A stretch of DNA of 64,000 nt from the NCBI GenBank assembly GCA_963768855.1, contig CAVYJM010000006.1, positions 832,001 through 896,000 of the forward strand, given 5' to 3'. The stretch comes from an uncultured Thermoplasmata archaeon (GTDB taxonomy: Archaea; Thermoplasmatota; Thermoplasmata; RBG-16-68-12). Made by a program: the position numbers and the translations under genes. The notes beneath the pieces are model-generated. The model was not told where the DNA came from, searched no databases, and saw nothing but the letters and a program-made list of their open reading frames with translations. Positions 20,013 through 29,687 of the stretch are shown here, piece by piece; the first letter of the stretch is position 1, and the number at the start of each line of letters is the position of its first letter.

Positions 20013-21476
20013 ATGACGGACGGGCAACTGGATTCCGTGGAGCGCGAGAATCTCCGACGGCGAACGATGAAAGCCCCGCGGCCGATGGGCCGCGGCCTGT
20101 TGGCGGTGGTGGTCGCGGTGCCCCTCCTGCTGGGGGTCATGGCGGGCGCGATCGGGGGCTACGTCCTGAAGTCGCCCTCCGCTGCCGCGGGCGCGGGGAA
20201 GACGGATTCGTTCAACCTAGACGTGTTCGATTTCTACTTCGAAGGCATGGGAGGGACGATCGACAGCGTGAAGAACCCCACGCTGAACGTGTCGATCGGC
20301 GATCAGGTGGTCATCGGGATCACGGACAAGGTGAGCACGGGGCACAACCTGTACGTCGAGGGCTACGATGCGCAGTCGGCCGACATCATGTCTGTCGGCG
20401 CGACCGCGACGGTTAGCTTCGTCGCGAACCAGGAGGGTACGTTCGCTTACTACTGCGCCATGCCGGGCCACCGGGCGCTCGGGATGGAGGGGAAGCTCGT
20501 CGTCGGCACGGGCGCCGGTGGGCCCGCATCGCTCCCGCCGATCGGCCCTGAGGTCCTGCCGGTGAACGACATCATCCGGAACGCGACGGACCTCCCGCCG
20601 CCGATCACGCGCACGACGCCCGCGACCGTCGACATCTGGCTCAACGCGACCGAGGTGAACGGCGAGATTGAGCCCGGGGTCTCATACACCTTCTGGACGT
20701 ACAATGGGAAGGTGCCGGGGCCGTTCTTCCGCGTCCGGGTGAATGACACGGTCGTCGTGCACTTCCACAACGATGCGTCGAGCATGATGAACCACTCCGT
20801 GGACTTCCATGCGGTTACGGGACCGGGAGGCGGCATGTACGCTTCCATGGCGGGCCCGGGTCAGACGAACGTGTTCACGTTCAAGGCCCTGGTCCCCGGC
20901 CTGTTCCTGTACCACTGCGGGACGCCCGACGTCCCGACCCACATCGCGAACGGGATGTTCGGGGAGATCCTGGTGCAGCCCGACATACCCCTGCCCCCTG
21001 TGGACAAGGAGTTCTACGTGGGACAGAGCGAGCTCTACACGAAGTGGCCCATCCACACGCTCGGCAACCAGGTGTTCGACGGGCAGAAGCTCTGGGACGA
21101 GCAGCCCACATACTTCGTGTTCAACGGAGCGTTCAAGGCCCTGACGGGGGCGCACGAGCTGACCGCCCAGGTGAACCAGACAATCCGCATCTACTTCGCC
21201 GACGGCGGCCCGGACTTCATCTCCTCGTTCCACGTCATCGGGGAGATCTTCACCCGCGTCTGGCAGTACGGCGACCTGATTGACCCGCCGCTCCACGGGG
21301 TGCAGACCGTCCTCGTCCCGCCCGGCGCCTGCGTGGTCGTGGACCTAACGCTCGAGTATCCGGGAAACTACACCCTCGTGGACCATGCGCTCCTGCACGC
21401 GGTGGACATGGGGGCCGTCGGCGTCCTCGACGTCACGGGTGCCGCCAACTCGACGATCTTCAACCCCGGCATGTGA
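20013..21476 (+). CDS. nirK: Copper-containing nitrite reductase with N-terminal TM anchor and an extra cupredoxin domain
   Basis: HSVDFH, YHC...H...GM, SSFHVIGE, YTLVDH (T1/T2 Cu ligands, catalytic Asp/His); extra HN...YYCAMPGHRALGM T1 site. Confidence 0.92.
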   Translation: MTDGQLDSVERENLRRRTMKAPRPMGRGLLAVVVAVPLLLGVMAGAIGGYVLKSPSAAAGAGKTDSFNLDVFDFYFEGMGGTIDSVKNPTLNVSIGDQVVIGITDKVSTGHNLYVEGYDAQSADIMSVGATATVSFVANQEGTFAYYCAMPGHRALGMEGKLVVGTGAGGPASLPPIGPEVLPVNDIIRNATDLPPPITRTTPATVDIWLNATEVNGEIEPGVSYTFWTYNGKVPGPFFRVRVNDTVVVHFHNDASSMMNHSVDFHAVTGPGGGMYASMAGPGQTNVFTFKALVPGLFLYHCGTPDVPTHIANGMFGEILVQPDIPLPPVDKEFYVGQSELYTKWPIHTLGNQVFDGQKLWDEQPTYFVFNGAFKALTGAHELTAQVNQTIRIYFADGGPDFISSFHVIGEIFTRVWQYGDLIDPPLHGVQTVLVPPGACVVVDLTLEYPGNYTLVDHALLHAVDMGAVGVLDVTGAANSTIFNPGM

Positions 21477-21561
21477 TCCGAATGCCCGGGATCGCGGATG
21501 TCCCGCCTCCGAGGCACCTCCTTGTGGCGGGACGATCCCCCTTTTTCGGGGAGGGATGCAC

Positions 21562-22074
21562 ATGACGACGAGACGATCCCGCGGCCTCGAGCCGCCGCCC
21601 GCGGAGCTCGCCCCCACGGGCTTTTCCCACTCGGATCCGTTCCAGATTCTCTCCGCAGAGCACGCGCTCCTCCGGCGGGATCTGGCCCGTATTCTCGAGG
21701 GCCCGCGCGACTCCGAGGCAGGTACTGTTGCCGGAGAGCGTTTGGCCTCCCTTTCCGAGCGGCTCCAGCGACATCTGATGAGCGAGGAGCGGGTGCTTTA
21801 CCCGGTGTGCGAGCGGCTCTTCGGACGGAAGGACGGTCCTGCGCCTGTCCTTCGGGGAGACCACCAGGCGATCCGCGAACGGCTCGTCGCGTTGGTGGAC
21901 GAGGCGGATCGCCTCGAACGGATTCCCCGCGGCCGATTGGACCTGCTGCGCCTCGAGCTGGACGACCATTTCGGGAGGGAGGAGCAAGTCCTCTTTCCCC
22001 TGACTCGTGCTCTCCTTACGGGGACCGAGAGCGGCTCCCTCGCCCGCAGGTTGCGCGCGCCACCCGTGCGGTGA
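21562..22074 (+). CDS. Hemerythrin-like (HHE) domain protein
   Basis: EH, HLMSEE..LYP, DH, HFGREE..LFP di-iron ligand pattern. Confidence 0.85.
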   Translation: MTTRRSRGLEPPPAELAPTGFSHSDPFQILSAEHALLRRDLARILEGPRDSEAGTVAGERLASLSERLQRHLMSEERVLYPVCERLFGRKDGPAPVLRGDHQAIRERLVALVDEADRLERIPRGRLDLLRLELDDHFGREEQVLFPLTRALLTGTESGSLARRLRAPPVR

Positions 22075-22121
22075 AGCGAGCCTCTAAGCCGAGAGGGACC
22101 TATCCAAGGCCGGGGAACGCC

Positions 22122-23492
22122 GTGCCGGCAACGCGCCTCACGTTCTACGGGGGCATCAACGAGATCGGGGGGAACAAGTTCCTCCTCGAGGACGGAAGCG
22201 CCCGCGTCTTCCTCGACTTCGGCAAGAACTTCGGCCGGGAGAAGCAGTACTTTGACGAACCCTGGATCCGCCCGCAGAAGGAGGAGCACCTGGTCGCCCT
22301 CGGCATCCTGCCGAACCTGCCGGGGATGTACAAGAAGGACTCCAAGGCGGAACGGAATCTCGACGCGGTCCTGCTCACCCACCCGCACACGGACCACTAC
22401 GATGCGATCCGCTGGCTCCGGGACGACATCCCCTCCTATGCGACTGCGACGACGAACGCGGTGATTCTCGCTCGCGAGTACGCGGGGCGCATGGGCCCGT
22501 CGAAGGACTACTACATCGCGAACTGGACGAAGGACGGCGGGAAGGAGGACTTCCGCACGCTGGAGACGATTGAGCCTGGGAAGCCCCGCGACGTCGCCGG
22601 GCTGCCCACGACCGCGTTCGGGGTGGACCACTCCGTCCTGGGCAGCGTCGGCTACGTAGTCGAGACTGCCGCGGGGAACGTGGCGTACACGGGGGACTTC
22701 CGCCTCCATGGCGCGCGCGCCGCACAGAGCCGCGCGTTCCTCGAGAAGGCGAAGGCCCACGAGCCGGTGGCCCTCCTGATCGAAGGCACCCATGTGGGCG
22801 AATCGAAGATCGAGTCCGAGGACGAGGTAGAGCAGAAGCTGACGACCGTGGTCGATCAGACCAACGGGCTCGTGCTCGCGGGGTTCGCGCCCGCGGACGT
22901 CGATCGGCTCAACACGTTCCACAAGGTCGCCAAGGCCACGAACCGCACGCTCATCGTCACCGCGAAGCAAGCCTTCCTCTTGGATCAGCTGAATGAGAAG
23001 GGTCTCTTCGACGAATTCGACCTTACCTCGACGAACGTGCGCATCTTCCGGAAGGAGAAGAAGACCACGGTCGAGTTCGAGAAGCATCTCGAGGAGAAGT
23101 TCGGGGACCGGATCGTGGACGCGGAGCACGTCAAGGCGATGCAGTCCGAGGCGATCCTCGTGGCCTCGCTCACGGACATGCTCGCCCTCCCGACGATCGA
23201 GCCGGTGGCGGGCAGCGTCTACATCCTGTCGAGCAGCGAGCCGTTCAACGAGGAGATGGAGATCTCGTTCGACAAGCTGATGGGCTGGCTCACCCGGTAC
23301 GGCCTGCCCCTCTTCCAGGTGCACGCGTCGGGCCACGCGACCGCCCACGACCTTCGCGCGGCCGTGGAGACGATCCGGCCGAAGAAGGTTTACCTCGTGC
23401 ACACGGAGAACCCGGCCCTGTACGCCCGGTTCCTGGGGAAGCTGGGTTTCGAGACGGTCCAGCCCATCGAGGGCCAGCCGTATGAGCTGTGA
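22122..23492 (+). CDS. MBL-fold beta-CASP metallo-hydrolase (RNase J-like)
   Basis: GGINEIGGNK, THPHTDHY, VDHS, YTGDFR, HASGHA. Confidence 0.85.
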   Translation: MPATRLTFYGGINEIGGNKFLLEDGSARVFLDFGKNFGREKQYFDEPWIRPQKEEHLVALGILPNLPGMYKKDSKAERNLDAVLLTHPHTDHYDAIRWLRDDIPSYATATTNAVILAREYAGRMGPSKDYYIANWTKDGGKEDFRTLETIEPGKPRDVAGLPTTAFGVDHSVLGSVGYVVETAAGNVAYTGDFRLHGARAAQSRAFLEKAKAHEPVALLIEGTHVGESKIESEDEVEQKLTTVVDQTNGLVLAGFAPADVDRLNTFHKVAKATNRTLIVTAKQAFLLDQLNEKGLFDEFDLTSTNVRIFRKEKKTTVEFEKHLEEKFGDRIVDAEHVKAMQSEAILVASLTDMLALPTIEPVAGSVYILSSSEPFNEEMEISFDKLMGWLTRYGLPLFQVHASGHATAHDLRAAVETIRPKKVYLVHTENPALYARFLGKLGFETVQPIEGQPYEL

Positions 23493-23518
23493 TGCCTGCG
23501 GCCCATGGCCAGTTCGAA

Positions 23519-24295
23519 TCAGCCCGGGGTGATTTCCAGCCGAGCACGACCTTCGAGGTCTTCGGTCCGCGCGACCAGGACATAATTCCCCGGTCGGATG
23601 TCGCTCGGCAGGGTGAGCCGTGTCTCGAGGGAATCCTCGCCGGTTAGGTCTACCTCGTGCAAGTCGCGTTCCTGGTCATTCGGGCCCGCGAGTAGGAGCC
23701 GGACGTGCCGTCCCCCCGGAGCAGCCAGCTCTGCGTGGACGGTGATGGCGTCCCCCGGCCGCACCTCAGCCGGGGTGGCCGCGACGATGATCCCGGGCCG
23801 CCGCGCGATCTTCTCTCCGAGGCGGTGGGAGCCGTGGTGGAGGATCAGGGGCCGCTTCCCCGCATCCACGGAGAACGCGAGGACCTCTCCGATGAATGCG
23901 GTGTGGTCCCCGAGCGGGAAGTGCTGGACGAGGCGGCACTCCGCGTTTAGGAGCGCGCCACGGATCATCGGGGCCTTGATGCGCCCGGCCGCGTATGTCT
24001 CGAAGACTTCGCTCGACAGCTTGTCCGTCTCGGCCTTGGAGAAGTGACCCGCGAAGCGGATCTGCGCTCCCTGATTCTCGGACACCAGGTTGACACCGAA
24101 CTCGCCCGCGGCGAGGATCTCGTCGTGAGTCACGTTGGCCTTGTCCACGTGGACCGCGATGAGGAAGGGATGGTACGACACATTGAAGGTCCACTCCGCG
24201 GCCATGATGTTCGGTCCGCGGGGTCCATTCACCGTGATAAGCGCGCACGTCGTCGTGAACGCACGAAACGCGTCGCGCAGCGACTCGGGAGACAT
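23519..24295 (-). CDS. Flavin reductase-like (DIM6/NTAB) protein with extra C-terminal beta-rich domain
   Basis: EFGVN, APMI, ECR....LGDHTAFIGEV; about 90-aa C-terminal extension. Confidence 0.85.
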   Translation of the reverse strand: MSPESLRDAFRAFTTTCALITVNGPRGPNIMAAEWTFNVSYHPFLIAVHVDKANVTHDEILAAGEFGVNLVSENQGAQIRFAGHFSKAETDKLSSEVFETYAAGRIKAPMIRGALLNAECRLVQHFPLGDHTAFIGEVLAFSVDAGKRPLILHHGSHRLGEKIARRPGIIVAATPAEVRPGDAITVHAELAAPGGRHVRLLLAGPNDQERDLHEVDLTGEDSLETRLTLPSDIRPGNYVLVARTEDLEGRARLEITPG

Positions 24296-24414
24296 GGGAT
24301 GCACCTTGGCGTCTTTCAGAGGTCGGTCGATTATAGTGATTGGGGTTTACGAATTCGCGTAACGGCCCGCCCCACGGGGAACGTTATATGGTTTTCGTGC
24401 GTCCCGATTCCAGC

Positions 24415-25752
24415 ATGGTGGAGGAGCGCGACGTGGTCATCATCGGCGCGGGCATGGCCGGGCTCGCCTGCGCCCAGCGTCTCCAGGAGACGGGGGTCGA
24501 CTTCCTCGTCCTCGAGGCCGCAGACCGGATCGGCGGCCGGGTCCAGACGAACTACACCCTCGGTGGCGGACGCCCGTTCGAGATTGGCGCGCTGATGATC
24601 CACGGGAAGCGCGTCATCACGCACTCCTGGCTGCGCGAGTTCGGAATGCACGCCCGACCTCTGCCGACCGTGAGGCGTGCGCGGTTCTGGTGGAACGGCC
24701 GCGTGGAGCGGCTCCCGCTTCCGGGGAACCTCCTCCATCGGACGATCGGCATCCGCGCGTTCTACCAGGGGGCCTTCACCCTCCCGAAGCGGCTCGTTGC
24801 ATACGACGGCCCGGACCTCTCTCTCGCCGAATGGCTCGAGCGCCAGACCGCGCTCCCGGGAGCGAAGCTCCTCGTCAACCTGCTCTACGCCCACGCCTCG
24901 GCCGCAGACGTCGATGCGCTGGGCGTGCGGGGACCGGCCGAGGAATCCGCCTTGGCCGACGAGGAGTTCGGGTACACGAACTTTCAGGTGGTCGAGGGAT
25001 ACGACGCCCTCGTCTCCCGTAGGGCGGCGTCCCTCTTGGACCGCATCCGCCTGAAGACCCGCGTGACGGCAATCCGGAGCTCTGGCCGCGGCGCGCGCAT
25101 CGAGACGATGGACGACCAGGGGCAGGAGGGGGAGGTGCGCGCGAAGTGCGTGGTCGTCACGCTCCCCCTGGGGGTGCTCCAGTCGGACGCGGTGACCTTC
25201 GACCCGCCCCTGCCTGAACGCAAGCGCGCCGCGATTCGTGCGATTGCCTTCGGGGACGCGATGATCATCCTCCTGCGCCTGCGGCACAGCGACCTCGCCC
25301 GCCGCCTCGGCGACTTTGGCCTCCTGTGGGGCGAGGGTCCCACGAGCTTCCATCGCCCCTATGTCGCGACCCGTGACCCGCCGGACATCCTCGACGGGTT
25401 TCTCGTCGGCCGCGAGGCCCGCAGGCGAGCGGCGCTCCCCGATGAGGAGGTCCTCGAGCTCACGATGGAGGACCTGCGGGCCATCCTGCCTCCCTCTGTC
25501 CACCCGGGCGAGGTCGAGGCGTTCACCTGCAGCCGCTGGCCCGTCCACCCGTTCACGCGCGGCGGCTACTCCTTCCTCCCTCCCGGCGGCACCGTGCAGC
25601 ACCGGAGGGACCTGGCCGCGCCCGTGGACGGCGTGCTGTTCTTCGCGGGCGAGGCGACCCACACGCATGGGGAACCCGCCACGATCCACGGCGCCATCGA
25701 GACGGGGTACCGCGCGGCCGCGGAAGTGATGCACAGCCTCCGGTCTGGATGA
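24415..25752 (+). CDS. Flavin monoamine oxidase family (amine oxidase)
   Basis: IIGAGMAGL, EAADRIGGR, VTLPLGVL, GGYS, LFFAGEAT, TIHGAIETG. Confidence 0.9.
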   Translation: MVEERDVVIIGAGMAGLACAQRLQETGVDFLVLEAADRIGGRVQTNYTLGGGRPFEIGALMIHGKRVITHSWLREFGMHARPLPTVRRARFWWNGRVERLPLPGNLLHRTIGIRAFYQGAFTLPKRLVAYDGPDLSLAEWLERQTALPGAKLLVNLLYAHASAADVDALGVRGPAEESALADEEFGYTNFQVVEGYDALVSRRAASLLDRIRLKTRVTAIRSSGRGARIETMDDQGQEGEVRAKCVVVTLPLGVLQSDAVTFDPPLPERKRAAIRAIAFGDAMIILLRLRHSDLARRLGDFGLLWGEGPTSFHRPYVATRDPPDILDGFLVGREARRRAALPDEEVLELTMEDLRAILPPSVHPGEVEAFTCSRWPVHPFTRGGYSFLPPGGTVQHRRDLAAPVDGVLFFAGEATHTHGEPATIHGAIETGYRAAAEVMHSLRSG

Positions 25753-25762
25753 GCCGCCGAGC

Positions 25763-26095
25763 TTACTTGCCTTTGGACAGGTAGCGCGTCGTCTCGAGCT
25801 GGATGGTCTCCTTCCGCGCGCGGTCCACTTCGGAAATTAGGTCCACGGCATGGCGCAGGTTGCGGTGGCTCGAGGAGATTCCCCAGAGGCCGATGAGGAC
25901 GAGGGCCACGGAGGCCGCGACGAGGACCGTCTTCCAGGCGGTGGTCGACACGGACGCCTGCTGCACGAGGCTCGCCAGGTCCGGGACGAGAAGGAGGACC
26001 GCGAGGGCGAGGCCCACGACGAAGATGACCGTCCAGAGGACGGTGAGCAGGATGCGCCGGCCCACGTGCGCCTGGGAACTGGCGGAGGAGGCCAT
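25763..26095 (-). CDS. Small two-TM membrane protein, unknown function
   Basis: Two hydrophobic helices followed by a charged C-terminal helix; start chosen at MASSASS. Confidence 0.65.
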   Translation of the reverse strand: MASSASSQAHVGRRILLTVLWTVIFVVGLALAVLLLVPDLASLVQQASVSTTAWKTVLVAASVALVLIGLWGISSSHRNLRHAVDLISEVDRARKETIQLETTRYLSKGK

Positions 26096-26225
26096 CGGAC
26101 CGACCAGAACGAGCTTCGTGATTCTACTTAAATCATTCCACCTCATAGTCGCGGCGGACATTCAGCCCTCCGGACCCCGTGGGAATGGGGCAAACGTTGA
26201 AAGGCCGCGAGTCCGTCGGCACAAC

Positions 26226-27779
26226 GTGGCCTCGAGGCTCGGCGGGATCGGGGCGCGCCTCCGCGGTCTACCGTGGAACCGGTTCTTTGCGGGGATTGCC
26301 GCCGGAGGAGCCGCGCTCCTCGTGACGCTCATCATGCGGGTCCTGGGCCTCGGCGTGTTCCTGCCCGAGGCGGCCCTCGAGTTCGTGATCACGCGCATCC
26401 CCGGACCGATCGAATCGTTCTTCATCGGCTCCCTGGGCGAGGGCGCGAAAGGGCTCGGGTTCGTCAGCGCGTTGGTCGCGGTGGAGGTCGCGTACGGGCT
26501 CGGTGCGCTCGCCTTCCGCCGGCTCGAGTCGTTCGTGCACGCGCGCGCGGCCCTGATCGCGGTCTACACGATCGGGAGCGCAGCGATCGTCCTGTTCGTC
26601 GCCCTCCCGCTCCTCGGCGCGGGCGTCGCGGGTTCCGAGACGGATGCCGGAGCGACCTTCGCTATCCTCAGCCAGCTGATCGGCGGGTGGATCTACGGCG
26701 CCTTCCTGGACTACTTCCTCATCGAGGTCGCAAGCCGTCACCCCGAGGGATTCAGCCCTTCCAGGAGGCAGTTCGTCATGGGGGCCGCGGCGGGCCTCGG
26801 GGCCCTCGCGTTCGCCTACGTCGCATTCAGCGAGGCGGTCGTGCAACCGGCGCGGCTGGCCTTCGCCTCCCTTGCGGAGCTGATCGCGAAGGAGGTCACC
26901 CCGACCTCCGACTTCTACGTCGTCACAAAGAACCTGATCGATCCGGTCGTCGACCCCGCGACCTGGAACCTGACCGTGGACGGACTGGTTTCGTCCCCGC
27001 TCGCCCTCGACTACGCATCCTTGCAGTCGAAGATCCAGACCGGGGCCCTCCCTGCCACGGAGGAGTACGCTACAATGGAGTGCGTGAGCAACGAGGTCGG
27101 GGGGAACCTGATCGGGACCGCGAAGTGGAGCGGCGTCCGCCTCGCGGACCTGCTCCAGATGGCGGGACTCGATACGGCGGCGGACTGGATCGAGTTCACC
27201 TGCGCCGACGGGTACACCGTGGCGATCTCGCTCGCCCAGGCGTCCGACCCGGCGACCCTGTTCGTCCTCCATATGAACGGCGCTGACCTGGAGGCGCGGC
27301 ACGGTGGGCCGGCCCGCATCCTCGTTCCCGGGAAGTACGGCATGTTTTCCGCGAAGTGGGTCAACCGGATCACGGCGATCCAAGGGGAGTATCTCGGGTT
27401 CTGGCAGCAGAAAGGGTGGACGAACGACGGACACATTGCGACGGAGGCCCTGATCGCGACGCCGGGCGATGGCACGGTCTTCTCCGGATCCGTGACGATC
27501 GGCGGTTTCGCCATCTCCGCCGCCGAAGGCATCTCCAAGGTCGAGGTCAGCACGGACGGCGGGTCCACCTGGTCCGTTGCCCAGCTCCGGACCCCCAAGG
27601 ACCCCAAACTGACTTGGGTCCTCTGGACGTTCCCATGGGCTCCCCCTTCGGGAGGAGCCTACCGGATCGTCGCACGCGCGTACGACGGGAATGGCGTCGT
27701 CCAGAGTGGGTCAGTCGCCCCGCCCTTCCCAAACGGCGCCTCCGGCTACGACAGCGTGACGCTCCTCGCGTCCGCGTGA
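26226..27779 (+). CDS. Membrane-bound molybdopterin oxidoreductase, sulfite oxidase family
   Basis: TPTSDFYV, MECVSN (Mo-Cys), AKWSGV, HGGPAR...PGKYG..SAKW, Ig-like dimerisation C-terminus; N-terminal TM helices and an internal SRRQFV. Confidence 0.88.
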   Translation: MASRLGGIGARLRGLPWNRFFAGIAAGGAALLVTLIMRVLGLGVFLPEAALEFVITRIPGPIESFFIGSLGEGAKGLGFVSALVAVEVAYGLGALAFRRLESFVHARAALIAVYTIGSAAIVLFVALPLLGAGVAGSETDAGATFAILSQLIGGWIYGAFLDYFLIEVASRHPEGFSPSRRQFVMGAAAGLGALAFAYVAFSEAVVQPARLAFASLAELIAKEVTPTSDFYVVTKNLIDPVVDPATWNLTVDGLVSSPLALDYASLQSKIQTGALPATEEYATMECVSNEVGGNLIGTAKWSGVRLADLLQMAGLDTAADWIEFTCADGYTVAISLAQASDPATLFVLHMNGADLEARHGGPARILVPGKYGMFSAKWVNRITAIQGEYLGFWQQKGWTNDGHIATEALIATPGDGTVFSGSVTIGGFAISAAEGISKVEVSTDGGSTWSVAQLRTPKDPKLTWVLWTFPWAPPSGGAYRIVARAYDGNGVVQSGSVAPPFPNGASGYDSVTLLASA

Positions 27780-27786
27780 CCGGGGA

Positions 27787-27987
27787 TCAGGCGGCTTTCT
27801 TCGCGCCGGGCGAGCGCGCGCCCGTGACGAGCAGACCGAGGCCGACGACGAGGAGGACGACTCCGACGGCGAGCCAGAAGGAGCTCCCGGACATCACGGA
27901 ACCCATGATCACATCCGCGCCCTGGAGGGTCCAGACCAGACCGACGAGGAGCGCGATCACACCGATGCCGACGAACAGGGTTCGCAT
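27787..27987 (-). CDS. Small two-TM membrane protein
   Basis: LIALLVGLVWTLQG...GS.MSGSSFW hairpin. Confidence 0.75.
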   Translation of the reverse strand: MRTLFVGIGVIALLVGLVWTLQGADVIMGSVMSGSSFWLAVGVVLLVVGLGLLVTGARSPGAKKAA

Positions 27988-28043
27988 GCGCGCGACGAGC
28001 CGCGATTCACGCTTAAGGCTTCACCCAACTCCCCGCGCCGCGG

Positions 28044-28670
28044 TCACCGGAGCCGGGTCGATTCCAGCGTCGTCTCCAGGCCCCAATCATACAGCAGGTA
28101 GAAGTGCTCCCTCCCAGAGGGTGCGGCGACCACGCCGATGAGCCACGGGTCCGCCATGCCGACCGCCTGCCACACCTCGAGGCGTTCGAAGTGCTGCAAC
28201 ATGTGCCTCGCGCGATGCACGGCCTCCGCGGGGAGGGCCCTCGCCCGGCTCAGGGGATGGCGCTTGAAGTTCCATACGCTCCAGTCCGCCCATAGCACGG
28301 ACTTCTTCGGGATCGCCGAGGCGAGCTCCGGGGAGAGGAGGGTCAGGTACTCTTTCCTCACGGAAGCGAACAGGTGGTCCTTGGAGACCACCGGGATCTC
28401 AATCAGGCCGCGGAGGTTGTCCCGGGCCCAGGCCTCGAACGCGATCTCCGCGCGGCGGCTCAGGATCCGCTGGGGGAGGCTCTGAAGCACGGTCTCCGTG
28501 TGCTCCAAGTCCGCCTCGAAGGTGCGTGCCATCTCCGAGTCGGAGCGATAGAGCCCGATCTTCTCCTGGGCCTCGCGCAGCTCGTCCTGCCACAGGCGGA
28601 CCAGGTTGTCGTCGCTTTCCACTTCGTCGGACACACGTATCTGTGCAGCCGCCTCGACGAGCTGCTCCAT
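28044..28670 (-). CDS. Hypothetical protein (coiled-coil N-terminus; DPWLIG...YLLYDW C-terminus)
   Basis: Clean ORF with natural composition; no family recognised. Confidence 0.7.
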   Translation of the reverse strand: MEQLVEAAAQIRVSDEVESDDNLVRLWQDELREAQEKIGLYRSDSEMARTFEADLEHTETVLQSLPQRILSRRAEIAFEAWARDNLRGLIEIPVVSKDHLFASVRKEYLTLLSPELASAIPKKSVLWADWSVWNFKRHPLSRARALPAEAVHRARHMLQHFERLEVWQAVGMADPWLIGVVAAPSGREHFYLLYDWGLETTLESTRLR

Positions 28671-28944
28671 CAACCGTGCGCTCAAGATCTCGCCCCCGAG
28701 AATGGCTCAGGGGCTCCGGTGCGGGGAACGGCCTTCGGTGCGCTTCCCCTTCCAGACGTGAGTCTCGCTTCCCCCTGAGGTATCGACCTCGGCCAAAGGA
28801 TTAGAACCATAGTATCCGAGGAGGGGGTTTAAAACTTGAGGTTGCCCGAACGACCCCGGGGCGGCGTCCCTCCGGAGAAGGATTCCTCCTCCGCCCTCAG
28901 GTATCTGTACGCGGGCGACCATGCCCAGGCCGGGTGTGACGACC

Positions 28945-29145
28945 ATGGTGCAGAAGGTCAGCGAGATCGTGGGCGTGTCCGCGCAGAGCTTCGCGAAGGC
29001 CGCGGAGGATGCGATCAAGGAAGCGGGCAAGACCGTGAGGGGGATGAAGTGGGCGCGGGTCTCCGAGTTCGAGATGGAGCTCGACGGGTCCAAGATCAAG
29101 TCGTATCGGGCCACGGTCCGGATTTACTTCGAGGTCGAGCGCTGA
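28945..29145 (+). CDS. Dodecin family flavin-binding protein
   Basis: KVSEIVGVS.QSF..AAEDAI..A.KTVRGMKWARV...YRATVRIYF. Confidence 0.88.
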   Translation: MVQKVSEIVGVSAQSFAKAAEDAIKEAGKTVRGMKWARVSEFEMELDGSKIKSYRATVRIYFEVER

Positions 29146-29190
29146 CCCTCTCGGATAGGACGTTCCGCGGAAGGAGCCGCCGATCCGCGT

Positions 29191-29586
29191 TCAGCCGCCC
29201 GTTGTGACGAACTCTTCCTCCCGCCAGTGCCGGTACAGCTCCTCGATCTCGTACGGCGGAGCGTGGCAGGACAGGTACACGAGCTTCGTCCGGCCCGTGT
29301 TCCGGATCCCATGGACGCTCCCCGCCGGGAAGTACACCGCGGTATGGGCCCCGACGGCCTTCCCTCGGCCGCTTTTTCCGGAGGGGACCTCTCCGCGCCC
29401 CTCGAGGATGAAATACATCGATTCGACCGTGCGGTGCTCGTGGGGCGGCGTGCTGCCTCCGGGGCGGACCTCGACGAGGGTGATCATGAAGCGCCTCGAC
29501 CCGACGTTGTCAGGGTTGATGAGTTGGTACGACCGGCTCTTGTCTCCCTTTAGCGCCTTGGCCTTCCTCAGCTCGACGACCTTCAC
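29191..29586 (-). CDS. Cupin domain protein
   Basis: PGGSTPPHEH...ESMYFILEG.G, YFPAGSVHGIRNTG. Confidence 0.85.
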   Translation of the reverse strand: MKVVELRKAKALKGDKSRSYQLINPDNVGSRRFMITLVEVRPGGSTPPHEHRTVESMYFILEGRGEVPSGKSGRGKAVGAHTAVYFPAGSVHGIRNTGRTKLVYLSCHAPPYEIEELYRHWREEEFVTTGG

Positions 29587-29687
29587 GCAGCCACCGCCGA
29601 CGACAACCCGGAGGAGCCATTTTGAACTTTCTGTATTGTCGCGTCGTCCCGGAACCATTATATCGCCTCCGAATCGTGGTCGCGCGG

